From assembly GCF_001194135.2 (NCBI RefSeq), contig NC_068987.1, forward strand, positions 108,662,680-108,719,897: a stretch of DNA of 57,218 nucleotides. Direction: 5' to 3'. Origin of the DNA: Octopus bimaculoides (taxonomy: Eukaryota). The position numbers and the translations under genes are program-made. A model generated the notes under the pieces. It was given only the letters and a program-made list of their open reading frames with translations, was not told the DNA's origin and searched no databases. Below are positions 38,243 through 51,838 of the stretch, piece after piece (within the stretch, counting starts at the first letter, position 1; each line of letters begins with the position of its first letter).

Positions 38243-38279
<37 letters not shown>

Positions 38280-38449
38280 TTATGTTTGAGTGTATATTTG
38301 AATACATGGGCGTATTTGTGAGGCGTGTATGCGTTTATGTCTTTGTGTATGTGCGTATGTGTGATACCTCTCAGATTGGTGCAAGCGATGTCGTTTGTGT
38401 TCTGCTTCAATAATATTTTTAGGTTCAACTATATGAATGTTCCAGAAAG

Positions 38450-38565
<116 letters not shown>

Positions 38566-38593
38566 GATATAAATAACATCAACAATGATAAGT

Positions 38594-38750
38594 ATATTCT
38601 TTTCTGCTCTAGGCACAAGGCCCGAAATTTTGGGGGACGGGGCCAGTCGATTAGATCGACCTCAGTACGCAACTGGTACTTAATTTATCGAACCCGAAAG
38701 TACGAAAGTTTCTTGTCCGGCATGTTAACGATTCTGCCAGCACACCGCCT
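38594..38750 (-). mobile_element. SINE family B2 with internal deletion
   Basis: ctctaggcacaaggcccgaaattttggggg tail; the B-box segment is missing. Confidence 0.85.
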
Positions 38751-39738
38751 TCTATTTTTTTTAAAATAACAACCCTTGTATTTGTTTAATAATAATAAAA
38801 GCAGAGAAATAGAACCAGTGCGTGTGTTTATTATTGATATAATAACCTTTCCGAGATACAACAAAATATGCAAATATATAGATCTGAAAGTAGAGACAAC
38901 TGGAATAAGAGCGTTGACAGCAGGCATCATCCTTATAATAGATACCTTGGAAATGGTTTAAAATGTAGGCAGATACATAATCAAATCACCCAGTAACTCT
39001 TTGATTTTTATATAACTTCTCTTGTCATGAAGTTAGCGTTATCTCCAGGTCGTTGCTATGGAATGAGTAAACTAGATGATTGACAAGAGTGATAAAATCT
39101 AGGCACCAGAAAAATTCTGCAAATCTTCGACTGGATTTCTTAATCCAAATATAAACATGACAAGTTTGTAATAAAAGACATTGGATGATATGGCGAAAAT
39201 AGAGGATAGAGACACCTGGGGTAGGGGAGCAAGGAAGTCAAGAGATGTTATTATTGGTCACATGATTTGATGGGAATCATTTCAAATTTTGCCATATAAC
39301 AGATTTACTCGGCGAGACACTCAATCATAAAGCACTAAATGTCTTGTTCTTAAATAAATTAAAAACTTTCGGTTATATTTTTGCCATTGGTTTGAAGTGG
39401 GTAATGGCTAGAGGCAGTCGTAGAAAAAGCAGAAGATGCACGTCGTAGAACTAGGGAAGGTAGACTACAGAAGGGGCTACGCTTTCTAGACTTGGAGAAA
39501 GGGTGGCGCACGTTGTAGGGGAGATGGTTGTAACGGGTGAATATATTGGCGCCGGACCTGGTGATACCAAGTACAAAAACAGGCCACTATGCCGCGTTTA
39601 TTACAATCGAATATAGCCATAACGATGGAAGTATTTTCTCCCTCTTAGATATAGAAACATAATATTTTAAATGTAAGCTCACTATGAAAGATCAAGCCTC
39701 CCCCTAATGAAATTCTAATGTCTTAAGAGTCGGGGGGG

Positions 39739-39763
39739 TAGACAGACAGACAGACAGACAGAC

Positions 39764-39825
<62 letters not shown>
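39739..39825. repeat. (GACA)n(GATA)n microsatellite
   Basis: Direct reading. Confidence 0.97.
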
Positions 39826-39826
<1 letters not shown>

Positions 39827-40987
39827 AGGTGAGGCGCAATAGAAACAGAATGTGAAATATATTTGGACTGATTGATATATAAATGCATTAAAAGGAAGAA
39901 AGCCATGACAAAGGTCAATTCAAAACAGAGGAAAGAGAGAATGGGGTGGGGAGAAAGAATGAAAGAAAGGGAAGAGGAAAGAAGGAAATATTGAAAGGCT
40001 TGAAAGAAAAGAAGAAAGAGGTAGGGTTTGTATAAAGAATGAAAAATAAACGGAAAACAAAGAACTGAACGAAGATAAAAAAAGAGAGACCGTGAGAGTG
40101 AAAAAAATCAAGAAAGGAAAGTTAAAAAGGCTTAAAAGAAGTGAAAAGAAAATTGGGAAAAAAGTTATAAACAGCAACTAAGAAAAGGTAGTAAAAAAAA
40201 AAGGAAACATCTAGAAAGAAAAAAAGAGAAGGGAGGAGAGCGACAGAGAATGAAAGTAAAAGTTTAAAAATACAGGAAGAAAAAAAAAAGAATGAAAGAA
40301 AGTGTGGAGTAGTTAAAAGAATGAAGTTAAATATTCCCAAAGGTGATGAATTGAATTGGAAAAGTCAAGAGAAGAATGCATCTGGAAACAATATTTGAGA
40401 TAAAAGTCTTACAACAACAACAATAACAACAATTACAACAATAACAAATAAAAACGATATCAACAACATCAGCCAGAATCAACAACAGCCAACAACAACA
40501 ACAACATAAGCAGCCACAGTAAAAACAACACCAGAAAGAGAAAACAGTCACACCAATGAGTCTGTGTGGGCGCCTTTATGAGGTGTCTCGCGGTACTAGA
40601 AATAGCAGCTAAACCTCACTCAAATCATATATTGCTGTCTTAAATGCGAAAAAGGAACCTCTGGTTTATTGCAATGAAGGTACCCCTAAACTAACAGGGG
40701 CTTCTTTTGTGGGTCCACAACGTGTACAATTTTCCTTCAGCTACGTGTACAATTTTTCTTTATCTACTTCCAGCCATCGTGGTACCAACTTTCATCATAG
40801 CATTCCTAAGTGAGTATTATAGACCAAAGAGAGTATTGGATATAGCTATAATGAGAATATCTATATCACCAACGAAGTATTTCCTACATGTTTCAGCTTG
40901 AACACGCCCGTTGCCAGTTGCACCCAACCAGTAAAATCCTCAGTTTGTTTGAAGGTTACTTCAATAGCATTAATAGTATTATAATAT

Positions 40988-41365
40988 GGAGGCGCAATGT
41001 CCCAATGGTTAGGGCAGCGGACTCTCGGTCGTAGGATCGCGGTTTCGATTCACAGACCGGGCGTTGTGAGAGTTTATTGAACGAAAACACTTAAAGGTCC
41101 ACGAGGCTCCGGTAGGGGTGGGGGTCAACTCTGCTGTACTCTTTCACCGCAACGTTCTCTCAATCTTTCTTGTTTCTGTTGTATCTGTATTTCAAAGGGC
41201 CAGCCCTGTCACACTCTGCGTCACGCCGAATCTCCCCGAGAACTATGTTAAGGGTACACATGTCTGTGGAGTGCTCAGCCACTTCCACGTTCATTTCACG
41301 AACAGGCTGTTCCGCTGATCGGATCAACTGTAACCCTCGTCGTCGTAACCGACGGAGTGCCACGG
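40988..41365 (+). mobile_element. SINE family C, full length, tRNA(Arg)-like head
   Basis: A box tgtcccaatgg, B box ggtttcgattc; perfect 9-bp TSD TTATAATAT (40979-40987, 41366-41374). Possibly one of the octopus OR families (from recall, unverified). Confidence 0.92.
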
Positions 41366-41469
41366 TTATAATATTCGGCTAGAAACAGTCCTCAGTTACA
41401 AATGACCCTATTCTATTTCGAGTTTTTTATATATATTTTTTTATACTCTACTATTTAATTTTTATTCAT

Positions 41470-41838
41470 AAGTAACGAGCAGGCAACTACGTACTTTCCA
41501 GTTCAGTTCCTCTACGCGGCATTTTATGCCAATTGTCTTCTATTATAGCTCTGGAGACGATCAATGCCTTGTGAGTGAATTCGGTAAGCCAAAACTGTGT
41601 GAAAGCCCCTCGCATACAATTGTTTGTGTGTGAGTTTGTCGGTTTCTAAACTTGTCCTCCAGCCGCTAGGCGACCGTTTTGGGCTTGTTTAGGTCCCTGT
41701 AACGTAGCGGTTTGATTAATAAGCTATCTGAATAAGTCCCAGGCTTTGGATATAAATATTGGGATCGATTTGTTAACTAAACTCTTCAAGGCGATGCCCC
41801 GGTATGGCCGTAGTCCAATGACTAAAACAAGCAGAAGA
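41470..41838 (+). mobile_element. SINE family A, old subfamily
   Basis: gtcttctattatagc...gccttgtgagtg...ggtccctgtaacgtagcgg...atggccgtagtccaatgactaaaacaag. Confidence 0.75.
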
Positions 41839-41879
41839 TACGCTGGTGACCCATGTAGTCATATATTTTGATAATTGAT

Positions 41880-42097
41880 TATTCTTTTCTACTCTAGGCA
41901 CAAGACCCGGAATTTTGGGGGAGGGGGCCAGTCGATTAGATAGACCCCAATACGTAACTGGTACTTAATTTATCGACCCTGAAAGGATGACGGGCAAAGT
42001 GGACTTCGGTGGAATTTGAACTCAGAATGTAAGTACAGACGAAATACCGCTAAGCATTTCGTCCGGCGCGCTAACGTCTCTGCCAGCTCGCCGCCTT
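41880..42097 (-). mobile_element. SINE family B2, full length
   Basis: Tail, body, B box and head all near consensus. Confidence 0.93.
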
Positions 42098-43739
42098 CTG
42101 GATAATTAAATATTACGAATTGTATTAAAAATTATTAGAATATTTTGTGGTGTAGAAGTAGAAACAATTTATTTCTCGTAAATTTTAACAAAATCTTATA
42201 CGAAACCCCATATGGGGCCCGGTGGAGAACTTTTACTCTGGACAAACGTTAACTGATAAAAAAAAAAACGATCAATGATAGATGCATCTTTACTGTGGTC
42301 CTGCCTCTGTAGAGTTGGGCATAGCTAATATTGCTTGTTTCAAGGATAGTCGGATATTTTTCACAAAGTCTTTTATACTCTCACGCAATATATCACTTGA
42401 TAAACAATCTCACCTGTCCAGGTACTGAAATTTCTGCACTGCAATCCCATCTATGCACCTAACAATCTTGATTCTCATTTTTAGCTCCGCTTTCTTTTCA
42501 ATTAGATGACGCGCGTCATAATTTTCTTGCGTTGAGGAAATATTTTCGTTAATATGGTTTGTTAATGTAGATTGTTATTGACATAAGGTTCCTTTTTAAA
42601 GTGTTAGTCTGATTAAATGTGGAACCCCCCCCCCTTTCAGAATATCATGCACTTATGATTAATATAACAGCCGTGTCATGAAGTGCAATCTTTGCAAACA
42701 AGATACAAATTCTATCAAAAAATTATGCACTACTTTATTATATTACAGAAGTGTCATAAGTGATGAGGCCTATAAATACACTCCACGCTTGTTGCTTGGC
42801 TATATTTCACTTATCATATCTTCAAACTGTTGTTTGAAATGTATTTTTAAACTGCATAGTGGCAAACACACGAGCTGATGATGTGGTTGCTTTTCACTTA
42901 AGCATGTTTGTTATATATCTTTTGTTAGAATCAGAATATGTGTTAGGGTGCGGGTGTGGATATTTTGATTGGTAGTGCAGTGGAAAACAATAAAAAAGGA
43001 GTGAAATATAGACAAGTAACAACCAGTGAGAGTGGTTATAGGCTTCACCAGTTATGCCTCTTCCCAACTATAACAATACTGGCTTCAATACGCGTTTTAG
43101 AACAAAATTCTAGCAAACCAAATATGAAATCTCATTATCTGTTCATTTTCGCCGCACTCAACAGTATTACATTTTCTTTTATTAGTACAAGCCACAATAA
43201 AAAGGATTATTTTCATGCACTTTTACAACATTGATGCAAAATTTCTACTAGCGATAGTCAAGAGAACATCATTAAATATGATTGTACGTAATTTGCAATG
43301 ACACAAATGGCGACCATAACTTAAATTCTCGCTGTCGGTTCAAAACTGATAATAAGAATTAATAAGAGAATGTACAGTCCGGCTCATGGTTGATGCTGCA
43401 AAATAAATATTACGACTCACTGAAATATGTTTATGCCTTACGGGATATTCAATGCAACATATTAAATTTCTGTCTTCGTGTTAGAGTTCAAACAATTCGT
43501 TTGTATTTTGATATGAATTTTAGAAAAGGTCTTCAGAAGGGCGAGTTCTAATAAGAATCCAAACGTTTCTCAGTACTAACGAAGAAATTCTCCGAGTGAT
43601 ACGTGTAGCTAAATTTGTTGCGTGTATAAGTGAGCGTGCCAATGTGTGCGCGTGCAAATGTGTAAGCGTGTAAATGTGTGCGTGCGTATGTGTGTGTGTG
43701 TTTGGGTGGGTGTATGTGTGTTGTCTTTTATCTTTCATA

Positions 43740-43910
43740 TGCTCCAGTCATAAGACTACGACCATGCTGAATCCGCCTGGGAGAAATTTAATTTTTTAAG
43801 CCTGGCACTTATTATATCGGTCTCTTTTGCTGGAACGCTAGGTAGACCCACCAGCATCGGTTGTCAAATGGTGGTGAAGGACAATGACAGACGCAAAACA
43901 CACACGTATA

Positions 43911-43915
<5 letters not shown>
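43740..43915 (-). mobile_element. SINE family A 3' module, cut by gap
   Basis: cttattatatcggtctcttttgc...caccagcatcggttgtcaa. Confidence 0.8.
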
Positions 43916-43949
<34 letters not shown>

Positions 43950-44471
43950 NNNNNNNNNNNNNNNNNNNNNNNNNNNNNNNNNNNNNNNNNNNNNNNNNNN
44001 NNNNNNNNNNNNNNNNNNNNNNNNNNNNNNNNNNNNNNNNNNNNNNNNNNNNNNNNNNNNNNNNNNNNNNNNNNNNNNNNNNNNNNNNNNNNNNNNNNNN
44101 NNNNNNNNNNNNNNNNNNNNNNNNNNNNNNNNNNNNNNNNNNNNNNNNNNNNNNNNNNNNNNNNNNNNNNNNNNNNNNNNNNNNNNNNNNNNNNNNNNNN
44201 NNNNNNNNNNNNNNNNNNNNNNNNNNNNNNNNNNNNNNNNNNNNNNNNNNNNNNNNNNNNNNNNNNNNNNNNNNNNNNNNNNNNNNNNNNNNNNNNNNNN
44301 NNNNNNNNNNNNNNNNNNNNNNNNNNNNNNNNNNNNNNNNNNNNNNNNNNNNNNNNNNNNNNNNNNNNNNNNNNNNNNNNNNNNNNNNNNNNNNNNNNNN
44401 NNNNNNNNNNNNNNNNNNNNNNNNNNNNNNNNNNNNNNNNNNNNNNNNNNNNNNNNNNNNNNNNNNNNNNN

Positions 44472-44884
44472 GAAACGTGAGCACGCCGGGCGAAATGCTC
44501 AGCGGTATTTCATCTGTCTTTGTGTTCTGAGTTCAAACTCTGCCGAGGTCGATTTTGGCCTTCATCCTTTCGGGGTCGATTAAATAAGTACCAGTTATGC
44601 ACTGGGGTCGATCTAATCGACTTAATTCGTTTGTCGGTCCTTGTTTGTCCCCTTTGTGTGTAGCCCCTTGTGGGCAGTAAAGAAATAAGAAACGTGAGCA
44701 CGCCGGGCGAAATGCTCAGCGGTATTTCATCTGTCTTTGTGTTCTGAGTTCAAATTCCGCCGATGTTGACTTTGCCTTCCATCCTTTCGGGGTCGATAGA
44801 TTAAGTACCAGTTGCATACTGGGGTCGATCCAATCGACTGGCCCCTCCCCCAAAATTTCGGTCCTTGTGCCTAGAGTAGAAAAG
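44472..44884 (+). mobile_element. Tandem SINE B1 (44472-44688) + B2 (44689-44884) sharing an identical 66-bp head segment
   Basis: 44472-44537 is identical to 44689-44754, including non-consensus bases. Confidence 0.92.
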
Positions 44885-45914
44885 GATGTTCGTTTTAACT
44901 TTTTAACTTGCTTCTGGTGTAATTACACTGATTAGAAGCTGGATTTTAAGAATTAGAACTGTCCTACAATTAACTTAATACCTATGTATTCTTACGTATG
45001 TATCTTGATACCCACTTTATATGTATGGGTATGTATGTATATATGTATATATACGTATATATAAGCGTATGTATATGAGCGTGACAGTGTGTTTTTGTAC
45101 ATGTATGAGTGTACGTTCCAAATCAAGCGGTTAATAAAGAATGTTACATGGTGACAATATAAAAACGGATCGAGTTGAACAGTCATGGAAACCGGTTTAG
45201 AATTTCGCAATCTCTAAGGAAGCACATGAGGGCAGAATTAATGTGGTCGTTGCTGGGTTGTAACTTAGTTTGTATAATAAAAGCGATATGCCTTCCATGG
45301 TGTAAATTGTAGAAAATGCCTTCGGACATCAAGCGCCTGTTATGTCGATGTTGATCTCAGATAACAAACAGTTACATTTCCGTATTCAAACACAAGAAAA
45401 ATAGTAAAATAGAAAGACACAAGATACAACGAAATGTTTTGATTTTGAAAAGCGTTGCTTCGTTGCAAGAACAATTTTGATTCGCAATCACTACAACCGT
45501 TTAAAACGGACAGGATCTGTTAATTTTGTTTTGATTTTTTTAAATATAGTATTAAGTACACATGCATACATACGTACTTATATTCTTATTATGTGCGATA
45601 TATGACAATACAAAATCACATTGTGACCAGCATTGTGATATCCTGATCGGTAACGTGGTCACATATATACATGTGTATAGGTATGTAATCACGTATACCC
45701 ATGTCTAAATGCATACATATAGATATACATATGAATAAATATGTACCTATATATGTATATACGTATGTACATACATGCATACATATATATATATATATGC
45801 ATATAGCATATCTATATCTCATATATGTACATATACATGCATATGTATACATGTAGCATATCTATATATTATATGTATATACACACACACACGCACATAC
45901 CTGTATATGCACAT

Positions 45915-45995
45915 ATGTCTTCTACTAAAGCCCCGCGGCGATTAAAGTCTCGAAAATAGATCTGGTAGACGGTAATTGAAAGATGCCCGTCATAT
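45915..45995 (+). mobile_element. SINE family A fragment, old
   Basis: gtcttctactaaagcc...tggtagacggtaattgaaagatgcccgtc. Confidence 0.7.
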
Positions 45996-46049
45996 ATATA
46001 TTTATATATATATATATATATATAAAGTAGTGGGTAGCAATTTTCTTCA

Positions 46050-46218
46050 CTACTTCAGGGAGTGACAAAGTGATTAAGTGGATTATATCGACCCCAGTGC
46101 GTAACTGGTACTTATTTGATCGACCCCGAAAAGATGCAAGGCAATGTCGACCTCGGCAGAATTTGAACTCAGAACGTAACGGCAGACGAAACACCACTAA
46201 GCATTTCGCCGGCGTGCT
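46050..46218 (-). mobile_element. SINE family B body
   Basis: atcgaccccagtgcgtaactggtacttattt...gaatttgaactcagaacgtaacggcagacgaa. Confidence 0.9.
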
Positions 46219-46695
46219 ATATAATAAATGCGGAATCGAATGTCAGTGTGTCAATGTACACCTTTTCAAGATTACTCCTCGGAGCCCACCCCCTCGATAT
46301 TCAATGACACTGTTGCTATTCCTCATGCTTTACTCCTCTCTCACTATACAATGTCACTTCTACTACTCCTCATGATTTACCACTCTCTCACTATTCAATG
46401 ACTTTTCTACTATTCCTCATTCTTGGTTTTTTCTTAATCCTAGCATTTTGAAAAGAATATTTCTCTAAATATTATAACTATTTCCAAAAGTAATTTCCAA
46501 AATAAACATTTTGAAAAAATCCTTCTCTAAATATAACTGTATCAAGTAATTTAACCATAACAAGTATTTCATAACGTTCGGAACTGAATTACGTATTGAA
46601 CTCACTCTCTTATACAATATTACCTCTCATAACTTTCTACCATAAAAATGTTGGAAACTTCATATTATTTCAGATATTAATACAATTTGTGGGAC

Positions 46696-46760
46696 CTATT
46701 TTCATGCCGTCAGCCGTCGGAACTATGGAAACTTAGAGCACGCCGACTGCATGAAAATAG
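46696..46760. other. 65-nt hairpin (19-bp stem, 2 mismatches; 27-nt loop)
   Basis: ctattttcatgccgtcagc / gccgactgcatgaaaatag. Confidence 0.85.
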
Positions 46761-48083
46761 ATTTGATTAATTTTATTATAACCTTGAAAAATACTAAAAG
46801 CAACTAGACTTCAAACATCTTTATGGTCAAATACGTTCAGAGCAATTCGAAACCATAAAAATAACACTTTAAATTAGTGTTTAACGACAGTGGTGTAATT
46901 TTCCTTCAAACTACGAACACGAGTTTAGATACGTACCAACTACTACAAATAATTGGTAGTACGAAAAGTAAGGCCCTATATGTAACTACACACGTGCTGT
47001 CGGCGATTTCTTTTCCTTGTTTGGACTTTTCCCTTTCTCCTTCCGACGAAGAGCTATACTCGAAACGTCAAATTCTCACTTTTCATCGAGCCACAATTTC
47101 GTACATTTCTTCTTGTGCACGTCCTCTTGCTGTCCATTAATTTTATTCGTTTTTTTTTAATTGACTGTATATGTGTGTGTGCGTGTGTATATGTGTATGT
47201 GTGTGTGTATGCATTCATGTATGCATATTTACAGAGACAAAGTAATGGAAAACTCAAACACACCAACCGCAGTCTGTGACTCACAATTTCTGAAGATAAA
47301 TCTTAATAATGCTTTTTACTCTGTTACTAGAGAAGCGAATATACGTTGTTAATTTGCTAAATTAATGCCTCGCTATATCACTGGTACATGTGTCTGCTTT
47401 CACCGCTCATACTTCAATTAAACTGCGATGTCGAAAGCGGACTGGTGCATTAAAAAGGATTTGTAGAATATGTTGTTTTGATTTAGTTTTTGAAACAACC
47501 AATAACTCTCTCTCTCTCACACATATACCGCCAACAACCAAATCTATGCGCACGCATACGTACATGCACACGCACATAAACATACATACACACACACGGG
47601 GGTCTTTACACGTGTAATTACGCACAATAGACAACAGATAAAAAACACATAAATGATATATAAATGTATAGCATCAACGTTAAACGCTTTGGCAGACAGT
47701 TTATAATAATTTTGGCAAGTTATTATGTCAGAATAATAAGAATTGGCAACGGTAGGAGTGGATGTATACTATTTCACATAAACATATGCATACACACATA
47801 TATATNNNNNNNNNNNNNNNNNNNNNNNNNNNNNNNNNNNNNNNNNNNNNNNNNNNNNNNNNNNNNNNNNNNNNNNNNNNNNNNNNNNNNNNNNNNNNNN
47901 NNNNNNNNNNNNNNNNNNNNNNNNNNNNNNNNNNNNNNNNNNNNNNNNNNNNNNNNNNNNNNNNNNNNNNNNNNNNNNNNNNNNNNNNNNNNNNNNNNNN
48001 NNNNNNNNNNNNNNNNNNNNNNNNNNNNNNNNNNNNNNNNNNNNNNNNNNNNNNNNNNNNNNNNNNNNNNNNNNNNNNNNNNN

Positions 48084-48260
48084 ATATTTATATGTAAATA
48101 TATGTATATATGTACACATATATTTATATGTATATATATATATACATATATTTATATGCATATATATATATTCAAATATTTATATGTAAATATATGTATA
48201 TATGTACACATATATTTATATGTATATATATATATACATATATTTATATATATGTATATG
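48084..48260. repeat. 92-bp-period tandem duplication of TA-rich sequence
   Basis: atatttatatgtaaatatatgtatatatgtacac... at 48084 and 48176. Confidence 0.85.
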
Positions 48261-48922
48261 TACACATAAAATTACATATACATGCATGTATATATATTTA
48301 TACATATACACACACATGCTTATTTATATATATATATGTATATGTACTATGTAGGTATGTATGTATGCCTGTAGGCATGTGTGTATGTCTGTGTATGCAT
48401 GTGTGTATGTATGTATGCATGTGTGTGTGTATATGTACATATGTATGTGTGTTAGTATGAATGCATGCACATTCATTATATGTGTGCGTACATACCTAAA
48501 TACCCACAACACATACATTTCGGGTAGTTGCTTGGGTTGAGTTAATAGCAAAATGAAGAAATGAGACAGCAGAGAATGGAAGAGAAATGAAAAACAAACA
48601 AATGTAGCAGAACAGACAAACGAAGAATTCCACATTTCCTCCTACGAGACTAAGATTCAAATAAGTCCCCGGTGCAAGCAGATGAGGCAGTAAAATAGAC
48701 CCAAGAGGGCGAACCGTTAAGTTGAAATGATGCAGGCACTTCTTAACTATGCTCTTCAACGTTTCTGGGCACGTTTGCGTTTACTGTAAATATATTTATG
48801 CATAAATTTATGCACACACAAACACTCACACTCACAGACAGACACAGACACAAATACACACACGCATAGTTATATACATACATATATACACACATCTCTC
48901 GCTCTTTTTCTTTTTCTCCTTT

Positions 48923-48964
<42 letters not shown>

Positions 48965-49249
48965 TATAATATTTATATACATATATATATACTTATNNNN
49001 NNNNNNNNNNNNNNNNNNNNNNNNNNNNNNNNNNNNNNNNNNNNNNNNNNNNNNNNNNNNNNNNNNNNNNNNNNNNNNNNNNNNNNNNNNNNNNNNNNNN
49101 NNNNNNNNNNNNNNNNNNNNNNNNNNNNNNNNNNNNNNNNNNNNNNNNNNNNNNNNNNNNNNNNNNNNNNNNNNNNNNNNNNNNNNNNNNNNNNNNNNNN
49201 NNNNNNNNNNNNNNNNNNNNNNNNNNNNNNNNNNNNNNNNNNNNNNNNN

Positions 49250-49320
<71 letters not shown>

Positions 49321-50283
49321 TATATAAAGATAGATTGACAAATAGAGCATCGGACGTAGAAACAGAGAGATAGAAGAATGTGTGTATCTGTGTATCGTTA
49401 TTTTCTTTAATCGTTTCTACAGCCATAAACTTCCTCCAATCCCAAACGTCTGGCACGATTTGCAGGATTTGTGTGCGTCATTTTGTGCGCCACCTAACGG
49501 TTGGCTGTCGTATGACTTTGATTAAACACATGGCAAATAACCGTCTGAAGCTACGCTGCCGGAATTTAGTTGCGTGTGGTTGGCGGTCAGAGGGCGACAA
49601 GTGGGGGAGGGGCTGGGTATGAAGATCAAATACTATTTATTTATTTTATTTTATCTATTTGTTTGTTATCTATGTGATATTTTATATTATTTCATGGCAA
49701 GAATATTTCTTGATATTATTGCTTTTTATTAGCTTTTATTTATTTTGCCGATTGTGTACAGTGAAAAGAAAGTCTCCTCTCTATGTGGTTCTCCATTTTC
49801 GCACACGCATAAACACACCTGCGCACGCGCAAAGACATCTACGCACATTTACGTATTCATACACTTCTCCTGTCCACATATATATGCATGTGTTTCTGTT
49901 TGTGCGTGATTGTGTATAAATATATGTGAAAGTGTATATTTATTTGTTTGTAATGTTTCTGTGGAATATATATATATATATATATGTAAGTATATTTAAA
50001 TTCACACACTCACACATGTATACATTTATGCATACACTCATTCACATACTCATATTTCCGCTGACATTCTTATACATGTGTACATATACTTCTTGGTTTC
50101 TGCGGATATATATATATATATATACAGATTTACATGTATTTACATATATATACTTATTTATATATATTTACACTTATATATATATTTACATATCATATAT
50201 TTATACATATTTATATATATTTACATATATATACATCTACGTATATTTACAAATATATATATGTATATATATACACTTACACA

Positions 50284-50316
<33 letters not shown>

Positions 50317-50469
50317 CATACATATATATATACGTATATATGTATGTGTGTGTGTTTATAGGTTTATATTTCTGTGTATATTTGTACGATTGTATGTATA
50401 TATGTATGTTGAATGTAAGTTTACTTTCAAACATTTACCTACCTACCTATCTCTGATGTATAGTAGAGA

Positions 50470-50511
<42 letters not shown>

Positions 50512-51499
50512 GAGAGAGACAGAGAGAGTCTAACATCTAAAGTAAATCTTGCAATGATACTGCCAGCAGCAGAATTTTACACTCTTATAGTATCGCCCGT
50601 TATAGAAATTGAGAAGGGCAAACATTTCCAGTCACCAACTACTTCGAATCCGTCTACAATACTTAGCACAAAAGATTGGTACAACATTTCTGCTGTCACC
50701 TGCAGATTCACTCTTTTCAGCTTGTTGTACAAAAGAAAAAGCTCATGAACGCCGTGAAGGAATGACAACGAAATATCTTATGAGATACGACATCATTAAG
50801 ATGACCGTTCCCACCACAAAAGTTAGATACTAGAAATATCTATTAGGCTCTATATAACCATTATGTGTAAGTCGTATTCAGCTTAGATGGAGCTTTCTTA
50901 CGGCACACAGATACTCGATCGAACGATACATGCTACCAACAGGTCTTTTCCAATGAAATCATGCTCTCGCCAAACTGAGAAACTACAATTTACTCTCTGA
51001 CATATACATTATTTGTATGAGGTACCTTGCTCAACGGCTGTTATGTCTTTTCTCCGCTGTCGTAGGTGTCTGTCTGCGCCTGTAGATTCTGGCAGTGTCC
51101 ACAGCGAAGGCAAACAAGATGCTGCTGGTAAAGGCACGATCGTTGTTGTTCGTTGGAACTTCTTAATTTTTTTAATTAGAGAAAAGTGTTTGAAGCTAGT
51201 AAGCCTAATGATACTGTATGTATTTCTGAGTTCATAAATTGATTTTGTTTGTTTATTTTCACTGAATGGATGCGATATGGTTTTTAGGTTGATCACAGTT
51301 TTTTTTTTTTCTGGATGTTGTATACACATTTCGTTGTTTGGAAGTGAAGGCTGGATTTTTCTTTTGGAAGTAACTGCACCCCACACATACCCCTGAGGCT
51401 TTTCATTCTTCTGGAGTTATGATTCGTTGTATGAGTGTTCTGTGAGTGCAACCCATGACAGTGAATAAATGAAGTGTGCTATTTTACATCTTACGAATG

Positions 51500-51838
51500 T
51501 TATTACCTCCGCCCTAGCGAAGGCGGAGGTAGTGTTTGCAGTCGTGTTTGCTTGTCTGTTAGTTTGTCCGTGGAAAAGATATCTCAAGAACCGCTGGATG
51601 GATTCGGATGAAATGTTCAAGGATGTTTTACCTTGTGACTGGCACGAACTGATTAGATTTTGGGATCGATCCGGTACCGGACATGAATTCTGGATTATTT
51701 GTCCAGTCTTTTTACTTAATCCTTGTTTGTGAGAGCAGTCAAGTTTATTTCAGATATTCTCATTTTAAAAATCATCTCTGGCTAATCGTTAGGGGACGTT
51801 GCTTTGGCAGAGGTCTGAGTTCTCTGAGTGCTCTTGTT
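51500..51838 (+). mobile_element. Helentron-associated non-autonomous element (HINE/DINE-1-like)
   Basis: 5' hairpin acctccgcc/ggcggaggt (51505-51530), tgtttgcttgtctgt simple repeat, core ctggatggattcggatgaaa, 3' subterminal ggcagaggt (51806-51814) then gagtgc..ttgtt. Confidence 0.8.

Noticed and set aside
40988-41065. Possible tRNA-Arg gene
   Set aside because: No acceptor-stem closure; it continues into a SINE body with a TSD.
51009-51386. 125-aa ORF with faint GIY-YIG-region resemblance
   Set aside because: No catalytic motifs identifiable.
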